DNA of 56,460 nucleotides from an uncultured Rickettsia sp. (GTDB lineage Bacteria; Pseudomonadota; Alphaproteobacteria; Rickettsiales; JABSSG01): NCBI GenBank assembly GCA_964515755.1, contig CAZEVK010000005.1, positions 732 to 57,191 of the forward strand, read 5' to 3'. Shown piece by piece: positions 48,947 to 56,460 of this stretch (position 1 is its first letter; each line of letters starts with the position of its first letter). The notes under the pieces were generated by a model. It saw only the letters and a program-made list of their open reading frames with translations, ran no database searches and was not told where the DNA came from. The position numbers and the translations under genes were made by a program.

Positions 48947-49528
48947 TTAATATAATATACTTTTTACTGGACCATAGAACTCTATAGTTTTTTCTTTATC
49001 TTTAAGTAGTAATCCATTATCTGCTATAATTTTACCCTTAATTCCCGTTATTATAACTGATTGAGATGTTGTTGCTTGCTTTAAATTAAAGTTAAAATTT
49101 AACTTGTCCGTTAACATCCTATAGCCCTCGCTAAAAACTATTTCTACATTATTCATTAATTCCATATCTTCTAGGGTTAAATCAGCTATAGCTTCAGTTG
49201 CTTCGATAGTTACATATTCTGTATGATTTTGATTAAGGTAATATTTACCTTGTATTTTATTGAACTTATAGATTTTTTCACTTATTTGTGTGGTTTGTTC
49301 AGAAGTAAGCGTATAATCATTATGATCTTTATTACGCCCAAAAAATATTGGGTTATTAACTATAGTTGATGGTTGATTTTCAATATTATGATCTTTTTTA
49401 CTTTCTAGTTTAATATTACTGGATATTCCTGTGTTTATGGCTATTAATAACACAAGTAAGGCACAAGCTATAATAATTCCACAAGCTATTTTTATAATTT
49501 TCACAAAATAATTGTGCCTATTAACCAT
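48947..49528 (-). CDS. lptC: LptC-family LPS export protein
   Basis: N-terminal TM segment, 'NPIFFGRNK...YTLTSE', beta-rich body; position between kdsD and lptA. Confidence 0.8.
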   Translation of the reverse strand: MVNRHNYFVKIIKIACGIIIACALLVLLIAINTGISSNIKLESKKDHNIENQPSTIVNNPIFFGRNKDHNDYTLTSEQTTQISEKIYKFNKIQGKYYLNQNHTEYVTIEATEAIADLTLEDMELMNNVEIVFSEGYRMLTDKLNFNFNLKQATTSQSVIITGIKGKIIADNGLLLKDKEKTIEFYGPVKSILY

Positions 49529-50523
49529 TACAAATTATCACTATTATTATTGATAACATCTAGTCCAATGCGTAAACAGTCATGAATATGCAATATGCCT
49601 ACTAATTTATTATCTTTAGTCACAATAAGGCTGGTAATGGCCTTTTTATTCATTATCTGCAATGCTTCTATTACTTTTAGTCCTTCGTCGACACTATATG
49701 GATTTTTCCCCATTACTTCTTCAGACTTCATTTCAAGAAGCTTTTCTGACATGTGTCTTCTTAAATCTCCATCGGTTATAATACCCAATACTTCATTTTT
49801 CTCGTTTATTATTATAACACAACCTAAAGATTTAGTTGTCATTTCAATAAGAGTTTCTGACATTTTAGTATGAGGAAATGTAGTTGGAAGTCTACTTCCT
49901 GTACACATTACATCTTTTACCTTTAATAGTTGGGTACCTATTCTTCCTCCAGGATGAAAAATTTTATATTGATCTATAGTAAATTTTTTATATTCGAGCA
50001 AAGCTACAGCTAACGCATCGCCAAGTGCTAGCATCATTGTAGTTGAGGTAGTAGGTGCTGGTGTGTTGGATGCTTCTTCTGTTTCCGGTAATGAAAGTAC
50101 TATGTTTGCTGAACGAGCTAACGTGGAGTTTTTTCTACCTACTATTGAAATGATTTGGATATTAGCATTTTTAGCATAATCTACTAAGTCAAATAACTCA
50201 ATAGATTCGCCTCCGTTAGACAGTATTATCATTACATCATCATGATGAATCATACCTAAATCTCCATGACTTGCTTCAACTGGATGTATAAAATATGAAG
50301 GAGTTCCCGTAGATGAAAGAGTTGAAGAGATTTTTTGTGCTATAATTCCACTTTTACCTATACCACTTACTATTACTCTACCTTTGCTATTTACTATAGT
50401 TTGTACTGCAGAGAAAAAAACTTCTCCTATAGTTTTAGCAAGTAGATCTAATGCGTGTGATTCTTTAGTTATAATTTGTTTAGCGATATCAATAAATTTT
50501 TCTGATTCCATCATTATTTCCAT
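49528..50523 (-). CDS. kdsD: Arabinose-5-phosphate isomerase, KpsF/GutQ family (SIS + CBS)
   Basis: GRVIVSGIGKSG, STLSSTGTPS, HPVEASHGDLG, PTTSTT..LALGDAL, FHPGG, ITDGDLRR, LHIHD. The start may be a few codons downstream. Confidence 0.93.
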   Translation of the reverse strand: MEIMMESEKFIDIAKQIITKESHALDLLAKTIGEVFFSAVQTIVNSKGRVIVSGIGKSGIIAQKISSTLSSTGTPSYFIHPVEASHGDLGMIHHDDVMIILSNGGESIELFDLVDYAKNANIQIISIVGRKNSTLARSANIVLSLPETEEASNTPAPTTSTTMMLALGDALAVALLEYKKFTIDQYKIFHPGGRIGTQLLKVKDVMCTGSRLPTTFPHTKMSETLIEMTTKSLGCVIIINEKNEVLGIITDGDLRRHMSEKLLEMKSEEVMGKNPYSVDEGLKVIEALQIMNKKAITSLIVTKDNKLVGILHIHDCLRIGLDVINNNSDNL

Positions 50524-51128
50524 GCAAAGATGTCAGTGTCATCCCATCCACCTAAATCCAACAACACTCTGTGTGGTATAAATTTAAAACATTCTTCTAC
50601 TAACTCAGCGCGATGTTCTCTTGTTAGTATAATATTAAGTTTTTCTCTAAGCTGATGCAAATATAGTACGTCCATAGCTGCATATTCTTGCTGCTCATCT
50701 GATAAAGTGCTAGCACCCCAATAGGAAGACTGTTGTTGTTTAGAAATTTGTATGCCTATCAATTCTTTACATAAATCTTTTAGACCATGATTTTCTGCGT
50801 ATGTTCTTGCTATTTTTGATGCTATTTTAGTGCAATAAATGTTTTGGATCATTACGCCAAGATATTTATAAATTATAGCTACATCAAACCTTGCATAATG
50901 AAATAATTTTACCGTATTTGGGTTAGATAGTAGTTTTTTTAAATTGGGGGCTTCGTATTTCCCAAATTCAAAATTAATCAAATGAACGTTGCCATTACCA
51001 TTTGAGATTTGCAATACACATAAGCGGTCACGATCATTTTTTAGCCCTAAAGCTTCTGTATCTATTGCTAAGTCACCTTTAAGTTCAACATCTTTTGGTA
51101 AATCGTTTTTATGCTCATGAATATTCAT
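50514..51128 (-). CDS. rnd: Ribonuclease D-like 3'-5' exonuclease (DEDDy)
   Basis: LAIDTEALGL..RDRLCVLQIS, FHYARFD, CTKIASK, QQSSYWG..LS..Q..YAAMDV; conserved alphaproteobacterial rnd-kpsF-lpt order. Confidence 0.9.
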   Translation of the reverse strand: MNIHEHKNDLPKDVELKGDLAIDTEALGLKNDRDRLCVLQISNGNGNVHLINFEFGKYEAPNLKKLLSNPNTVKLFHYARFDVAIIYKYLGVMIQNIYCTKIASKIARTYAENHGLKDLCKELIGIQISKQQQSSYWGASTLSDEQQEYAAMDVLYLHQLREKLNIILTREHRAELVEECFKFIPHRVLLDLGGWDDTDIFAWK

Positions 51129-51161
51129 TTAGATTTCCTTTGTTTTTATCAAAAACTTACT

Positions 51162-51248
51162 TGGTGCCCAGAAGAAGACTCGAACTTCCATGATTTTGCA
51201 ATCGCTAGCACCTGAAGCTAGTGCGTCTACCAGTTCCGCCATCTGGGC
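51162..51248 (-). tRNA. tRNA-Leu(CAG)
   Basis: Reverse complement GCCCAGA...TCTGGGC-A-CCA, anticodon loop TT-CAG-GT, long variable arm, TTCGAGT; 87 nt. Confidence 0.96.
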
Positions 51249-51346
51249 ATTTATTATGTGTATTTTACTATTGCCTCTTGCTTAATCTATACCTATATTG
51301 ATATTGTTTAGTATATTTATAGTATAACTTCAAATATAAAATAATA

Positions 51347-52285
51347 ATGAAAAGAAAAAACACTACGATTACTATATTTGGTGGTTCTGGTTTTATTGGA
51401 AGCTACGTAGTTCGCGAATTAGCTAAGACAGGAGCTTATATCAAAATTGCATCTAGATATCCAGACCGTTCATTGTTCCTTAAGACAGCAGGTGATGTTG
51501 GTCAAATTTATCTTCAAGCGGTTGATGTTAATGATCCTGACTCGGTGAAAGAAACAATTAGAAATTCTGATGTAGTTATTGATATGGTTGGCATACTATT
51601 TGAAAAAGGTAAAAGAACTTTTCAAAAAATGAATAAAGATGTTGCTATTAATATAGCGGAGGCTTGTAAGAAGGAAAAAGTAAAACAATTTATTTATTTT
51701 TCTGCCTTAAATGTAAATCATGCGCACCAATCAGAGTACGCTCGCAGTAAATTTCAAGCGGAACAGGGTATAAAGAAAGTACTTCCTAATGCAGTTATTG
51801 TAAGGCCGAGTGTAGTTTTTGGAGCAGATGATAATTTTTTCAATTTTTTTGCTAAATTTGTTTCTAGGTTCCATTTTTTACCTTTAATTAATGGTGGTCA
51901 TACAAAATTTCAACCTGTATATGTTGGTGATATTGCTAAAGCTATCGTAAAAATAATAAAAAATGGTGACTTATATCAAGGTAAAATTTTTGAATTGGCT
52001 GGTAAAAATGTTTATTCTTACAAAGAATTAATGAAGTTTTTGCTTAAGACGATTAATAAAAAAGTAACTATGCTTTCAATCCCAAGTTTTATGGCGCATT
52101 ACATTTCATTTTTTATAGAATTTTTGCCGCAGCCTTTATTAACGCGTGATCAAGTTAAGTTATTAAAATATGATAATGTGGTTCACAAAGAAGACAAATT
52201 AATGTATTTAAGTACACTAGATATCGTTCCAAAAAATTTGGAAAAAATAGTACCACTTTATTTAAAATGTTATAAAAAAGCTTGA
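51347..52285 (+). CDS. NDUFA9-like (complex I 39-kDa-like) NAD(P)-binding SDR/epimerase family protein
   Basis: TIFGGSGFIG, LKTAGDVGQI, SEYARSK, VRPSVVFG..DNFFN, KFQPVYVGDIA, LTRDQV. Confidence 0.88.
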   Translation: MKRKNTTITIFGGSGFIGSYVVRELAKTGAYIKIASRYPDRSLFLKTAGDVGQIYLQAVDVNDPDSVKETIRNSDVVIDMVGILFEKGKRTFQKMNKDVAINIAEACKKEKVKQFIYFSALNVNHAHQSEYARSKFQAEQGIKKVLPNAVIVRPSVVFGADDNFFNFFAKFVSRFHFLPLINGGHTKFQPVYVGDIAKAIVKIIKNGDLYQGKIFELAGKNVYSYKELMKFLLKTINKKVTMLSIPSFMAHYISFFIEFLPQPLLTRDQVKLLKYDNVVHKEDKLMYLSTLDIVPKNLEKIVPLYLKCYKKA

Positions 52286-52295
52286 GGTAGATGAA

Positions 52296-52742
52296 ATGAA
52301 AAGATTTTTTGTATTGGCATTTTTTACTATAATGTCTTGTAGTACACAGGAAAAAGCTCAGATTATTTTAAAAGGTGACGCTAACGAGGATAGAGCTTCT
52401 ATAGATTCTGCTTATCCCAAATCACTTGGATCTTTTAAGCATTATAAGTTGCATGAAGTGTTGTATACTGACACTTTAGCTTCTCTTGCAAAGCGTTATA
52501 ATGTCTCTCCTCATGATATTATTACTTTAAACAACTTAACCAAGCCTTATTATTTAGAGCCAGGTGAAGTGGTAAGAATACCGGTATATGGAGAGTCAGT
52601 GACTGGGCTTCCTTCTATATTAGATAATAGTAGTGTTGCTCATGAGAAAGTTAATTCTAATTTTGATGATGCACCTAATAAAAATACAATCAAGATATTG
52701 CCATCCTTACCAAGTGAGCAGCTTCATGATTATGATTACTAA
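52296..52742 (+). CDS. LysM-domain lipoprotein
   Basis: Lipobox IMS-C; HEVLYTDTLASLAKRYNVSPHDIITLNNLTKPYYLEPGEVVRIP LysM; no C-terminal peptidase domain. Confidence 0.82.
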   Translation: MKRFFVLAFFTIMSCSTQEKAQIILKGDANEDRASIDSAYPKSLGSFKHYKLHEVLYTDTLASLAKRYNVSPHDIITLNNLTKPYYLEPGEVVRIPVYGESVTGLPSILDNSSVAHEKVNSNFDDAPNKNTIKILPSLPSEQLHDYDY

Positions 52743-52751
52743 CGTACACAT

Positions 52752-54653
52752 ATGATTCAAGTTACTTTACCGGATGGCAATATTCGTTCTTATTCTAACC
52801 CTATAAGCGGCCTGGAGTTAGCAAAAGATATTAGTACAAGTCTTGCTAAAATAGCTTTAGCAATTGAAGTAGATAATAAGCTTGTAGATCTCTCAACTAT
52901 TATAGACAAAGACGCTCAAGTAAAGATTATCACGTCTAAGGATTCCGAAGGGCTGGAAATTATTCGTCATGATGCTGCTCATCTTCTTGCTCAAGCAATC
53001 AAAAATTTATACCCTAAGACAAAAATAACTATTGGTCCGGTTATTGAAAATGGTTTTTATTATGATGTACTTCCAGAAAAAAATTTGTCAGAAGATGATT
53101 TAGAAGAGTTGGAAGCAGAAATGCATCGTATTAGCAATCAGGATTTACGATTTGAGCGTGAAATTTGGGATAGGGCTGAAGCAATTAAATTTTTTAAATC
53201 AATTGGAGAAGATTTTAAGGCAGAAATTATTTCTGCTATACCAGGAGATGAGCCTATAAGCCTTTATCGTCAAGGTGATTTTATAGATTTATGTCGTGGT
53301 CCGCATGCAATTTCTACTAAGCATGTGAAGCATTTTAAATTAATGAAATTGGCCGGTGCATACTGGCGCGGGGATAGCAACAATGTTATGCTACAACGTA
53401 TTTATGGTACTGCTTGGCGTTCAAAAGAAGAGCTTGATGCTTATCTTCATATGCTCGAAGAGGCTGAAAAAAGAGATCATAGAAAAATAGGTAAAGAATT
53501 AGATCTTTTTCATATTCAGGAAGAAGCACCTGGTATGGTGTTTTGGCATAATAAAGGTTGGACAGTCTTTAGAATTTTAGAGAATTTTATTCGCAATCAT
53601 ATTAAGAAAAATGACTACATAGAAGTTAAGACTCCAATGTTAGTAGATAAGTCATTATGGGAACGTTCAGGCCATTGGGAAAAGTTTAGAGAGCATATGT
53701 TTACTTCTGAATCTGAAGAAAAAACTATGGCTTTAAAACCAATGAATTGTCCATGCCATATTGAAATCTTTAAAATTGGCACAAAGAGTTATCGTGATCT
53801 ACCAATAAGAATGGCTGAATTTGGTAGTTGTCATCGAAATGAATCCTCTGGCTCTCTACATGGCTTATTAAGGGTAAGGGGTTTGACTCAGGACGATGCT
53901 CATATTTTTTGCACAGAAGAGCAAATAACTAGTGAAACTGTTGCATTTTGTAATTTGTTGTCAAAAATTTATAACCAACTTGGTTTTAAAGAGTTTGTAG
54001 TCAAATTTTCTGATCGTCCTGATGTACGTGCCGGTTCTGATGAGGTGTGGGACAAAGCAGAAGAATCTCTTAAGAACGCGGTTCAAGCTGCTAGTCTCTC
54101 TTATATTTTAAATAAAGGTGAAGGCGCATTTTATGGCCCTAAATTAGAATTTGTATTAAAAGATGCAATTGGTAGAGACTGGCAATGTGGCACATTGCAA
54201 GTTGATTTTATTTTACCTGAAAGACTTGGTGCTGTTTATGTAGGTAGTGATGGTAATAAACATATACCAGTTATGATACATCGTGCTATTTTAGGCACTT
54301 TGGAAAGATTTATCGGGATTCTTATAGAGCAATATGAGGGTAAGTTTCCTTTGTGGTTAGCGCCAGATCAAATTTCTATTTTAACTATTACATCTGATGC
54401 AGATGACTATGCAAAGCAAGTTAAAATAGAATTAGATAATGCAGGGTATAGAACAGTACTTGACATTTCTAATGAAAAAATCAATTATAAGATTAGGCAT
54501 CACTCGTTACAAAAAGTGCCGTTCATTTTAGCTATTGGGAAGCAAGAAGTGGAAAATAAAACTGTTTCTGTGCGTAGGTTAGGATCAAATAATCAAGAGA
54601 GCTTAACTTTAACGCAATTGTTACATGAGTTAGATGATAAAAATAAATATTAA
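52752..54653 (+). CDS. thrS: Threonyl-tRNA synthetase
   Basis: TGS N-domain, [41 protein letters not shown]. Confidence 0.98.
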   Translation: MIQVTLPDGNIRSYSNPISGLELAKDISTSLAKIALAIEVDNKLVDLSTIIDKDAQVKIITSKDSEGLEIIRHDAAHLLAQAIKNLYPKTKITIGPVIENGFYYDVLPEKNLSEDDLEELEAEMHRISNQDLRFEREIWDRAEAIKFFKSIGEDFKAEIISAIPGDEPISLYRQGDFIDLCRGPHAISTKHVKHFKLMKLAGAYWRGDSNNVMLQRIYGTAWRSKEELDAYLHMLEEAEKRDHRKIGKELDLFHIQEEAPGMVFWHNKGWTVFRILENFIRNHIKKNDYIEVKTPMLVDKSLWERSGHWEKFREHMFTSESEEKTMALKPMNCPCHIEIFKIGTKSYRDLPIRMAEFGSCHRNESSGSLHGLLRVRGLTQDDAHIFCTEEQITSETVAFCNLLSKIYNQLGFKEFVVKFSDRPDVRAGSDEVWDKAEESLKNAVQAASLSYILNKGEGAFYGPKLEFVLKDAIGRDWQCGTLQVDFILPERLGAVYVGSDGNKHIPVMIHRAILGTLERFIGILIEQYEGKFPLWLAPDQISILTITSDADDYAKQVKIELDNAGYRTVLDISNEKINYKIRHHSLQKVPFILAIGKQEVENKTVSVRRLGSNNQESLTLTQLLHELDDKNKY

Positions 54654-54664
54654 AGGAGTTAAAC

Positions 54665-55189
54665 ATAGTTAATTTACCTCGCAGTAGTAGTTTACCTAAG
54701 TCAAATAAAGAAATCTTTGCAAAACAAGTTCGATTAATTGATCAAAATAGCGAAATGATTGGTGTAGTGGATATCGCTACTGCACTACAATATGCAGAAA
54801 AAGCTGGCCTTGATCTTGTTGAGATTGCTCCACAATCTGAGCCACCCGTATGTAAGATTTTAGATTTTGGTAAGTTCAAATATGAGATTAAGAAAAAGTC
54901 TAGTAATGCTAAAAAGAAACAAAAAGTGGTGGTTATCAAAGAAATAAAGTTACGTTTAACTATAGGCGAGCATGATCTACAAGTGAAACTCAAGCATATA
55001 CGTAGTTTCATTGAAGATGGTGATAAAGTTAAAGTTTCTCTTAAGTTTCGTGGTCGTGAAATTACTCATAATGAGCTTGGTTTAGCTTTAATACGTAGGG
55101 TTCAAACTGAATTAGAAGATATAGCTAGAGCTGAGACTGACCCAAGAATAGAGGGCTCTCAAGTTGTAATGTCGCTCGTTCCAAGATAA
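54665..55189 (+). CDS. infC: Translation initiation factor IF-3, predicted non-canonical ATA start
   Basis: IF3 motifs DLVEIAP...PPVCKILDFGKFKY and KEIKLR...HDL. The frame is open upstream of ATG 54755 through NKEIFAKQVRLID to ATA at 54665, 6 nt after AGGAG; gives 174 aa. Confidence 0.93.
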   Translation: MVNLPRSSSLPKSNKEIFAKQVRLIDQNSEMIGVVDIATALQYAEKAGLDLVEIAPQSEPPVCKILDFGKFKYEIKKKSSNAKKKQKVVVIKEIKLRLTIGEHDLQVKLKHIRSFIEDGDKVKVSLKFRGREITHNELGLALIRRVQTELEDIARAETDPRIEGSQVVMSLVPR

Positions 55190-55399
55190 GCTAATAATTA
55201 AATTTTGCAAATAGAGTTGAGACTTATACAAGCGTAGAAGGTTCTCAGGCTATAATATCTTTATATTACTTAGTTTACATCAAATCTATAAAAGTTAGAA
55301 TTAAGATTGATAAGGAGGATATAAAGCATTTAAATTGTAATTTCTTTCGTTTCAAAGTAGTTAAGTAATCAAATTTTACAACTTTTAGTTACAAATATT

Positions 55400-55428
55400 T
55401 TGACACGCTTTTGCTAAGCCAATAAAAT
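55400..55428 (+). promoter_or_regulatory. Sigma70-type promoter for the OmpW-like gene
   Basis: TTGACA-N17-TAAAAT; AGGAG RBS at about 55471. Confidence 0.7.
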
Positions 55429-55481
55429 CAATTTTACATCGAGGTGATGTGAATTAATTTTAGTTTAGTTAGGAGAAAATT

Positions 55482-56222
55482 ATGTTAAAAAAAGTAAATA
55501 TGTGGCTTTCTGTAGCAAGCCTAATAAGCACAGCTGCGTTAGCAGAAGCATCGACTAAACAAAAATCATGGGTTAGTGAGGACTCTACTTTTAAAGTAAG
55601 AGGCGGTTATTTGGCTATGGATAGTAAAGCAAAGTCTGGTGAATTCTTAATTACAAATATTTCAGGAGGAGGAGTTTTTCCAAATATTAATTCTTTAAAT
55701 GTTAGTAGTGATTTAACTAATTATGATAATGGCTATATTGCTGAGTTGGCATTAAATCGTTTCATTACTGAAAATTTTGCGATAGAAGCTTCAGTAGGAT
55801 TTGGAACTTCTAAATTTAGTATTCCGGCATTATCATTATTAATTCCGCCTAAAAGAATTTCTATCATTCCTGTTTCTCTGTTAGCTCAATACTATCTATT
55901 TGATAAAAATAATGAAAAATATCATGGTCTAAGGCCTTATTTTGGTTTTGGTTATCAATATCAGTTTATTAATAATTCGACTTTTTCACCAGTTGGAGAT
56001 GTGCTAAATTTAAAAACTACTAATGGTGGTGCTTTCATTGGGCAATTTGGTGTCGATATACCATATAATAAACACTTGGGCTTTAACATTGACATTAAAC
56101 ACGCGTTTAATGCTAGACATAATATAAAAGTTTTGAGTGGTTTTTCTGATATTACTTCTTTTACTCTTAAACAAAATATTAGTATGACATCAATAATGGC
56201 TGGTATTACATTTGCATTTTAA
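55482..56222 (+). CDS. OmpW-family outer-membrane beta-barrel protein
   Basis: Signal peptide; FITENFAIEAS, LLAQYY, PYFGFGYQY, GQFGVDI; C-terminal aromatic beta-signal GITFAF. Confidence 0.82.
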   Translation: MLKKVNMWLSVASLISTAALAEASTKQKSWVSEDSTFKVRGGYLAMDSKAKSGEFLITNISGGGVFPNINSLNVSSDLTNYDNGYIAELALNRFITENFAIEASVGFGTSKFSIPALSLLIPPKRISIIPVSLLAQYYLFDKNNEKYHGLRPYFGFGYQYQFINNSTFSPVGDVLNLKTTNGGAFIGQFGVDIPYNKHLGFNIDIKHAFNARHNIKVLSGFSDITSFTLKQNISMTSIMAGITFAF

Positions 56223-56249
56223 TTAATTATTTTCGCTTTTTTCAATATT

Positions 56250-56281
56250 TTAGGACTGTGATAAAAAAGTCACAGTCCTAA
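56250..56281 (+). terminator. Intrinsic-terminator-like hairpin after the OmpW-like gene
   Basis: Perfect 12-bp inverted repeat TTAGGACTGTGA-N8-TCACAGTCCTAA; no strong U-tract on the + strand. Confidence 0.65.
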
Positions 56282-56399
56282 GTAAATATGTTAATTTTGG
56301 TCGAAAAACGATTTACAAATGCAATTTTTTGTAATAAATTGACAGGCAACGCATCAAGGGGGTGTGTTAAATAGTTTAATTTAATTAATGAGAAATCTT

Positions 56400-56460
56400 A
56401 TGTTAAAAAAAGCAAGTATAGCATTAGTGTTAGCTAGTTTAGTAAGCACAACTGCATTAG
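56400..56460 (+). CDS. Start of a probable second outer-membrane protein paralog (truncated by the window edge)
   Basis: MLKKASIALVLASLVSTTAL resembles the signal peptide MLKKVNMWLSVASLISTAAL of 55482..56222. Confidence 0.65.
   Translation, partial: MLKKASIALVLASLVSTTAL

Noticed and set aside
47684-51128. rnd-kdsD-lptC-lptA-lptB cluster as a novel RNase/LPS linkage
   Set aside because: This order is widely conserved in Alphaproteobacteria; ordinary.
54742-55011. 89-aa minus-strand ORF
   Set aside because: Antisense shadow of infC.
55190-55400. Possible small RNA or riboswitch between infC and the OmpW-like gene
   Set aside because: Only a weak TGAGA/TCTCA pairing; no recognisable ncRNA family motif or clear promoter-terminator pair.

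Overview
AT-rich (roughly one-third GC by eye, not computed), gene-dense chromosomal window from a host-associated alphaproteobacterium, most likely order Rickettsiales. The evidence is a virB3-virB4-virB6x3 type IV secretion (rvh-type) cluster plus a fourth, displaced virB6, a tRNA-Ile(GAU) outside any rRNA operon, and amino-acid/ProP importers. MEP-pathway genes (dxs, ispH) occur together with LPS genes (kdsD, lptCAB, a Kdo hydroxylase), which fits neither typical Rickettsia nor Anaplasmataceae and suggests a Midichloriaceae-like or other early-branching lineage (inference). Most of the window is housekeeping: mnmA, hisS, prfA, sdhCDAB, zapE, pstS, galU, ugd, dnaE, ctaG, rnd, thrS, infC, three tRNAs and RNase P RNA. 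Main points of interest: (1) three of the four VirB6 paralogs are lipoprotein-like and carry Cys-rich N-terminal regions with a repeated motif resembling the Ca2+/galactose-binding strands of LecA/PA-IL lectins, next to an orphan ~38-Cys exported protein and a lone receiver domain; (2) sdhCDAB is flanked on both sides by Fe(II)/2-oxoglutarate dioxygenases, the upstream one split by a -1 frameshift at an A7 run; (3) an exported GT32 glycosyltransferase; (4) a perfect 22-bp palindrome between a YbaK-like gene and an XRE-cupin regulator; (5) an ATA-start infC and a tandem OmpW-like pair. No CRISPR array, transposase, integrase or rRNA was recognised. All family calls come from motif recognition by eye; no database search was run.
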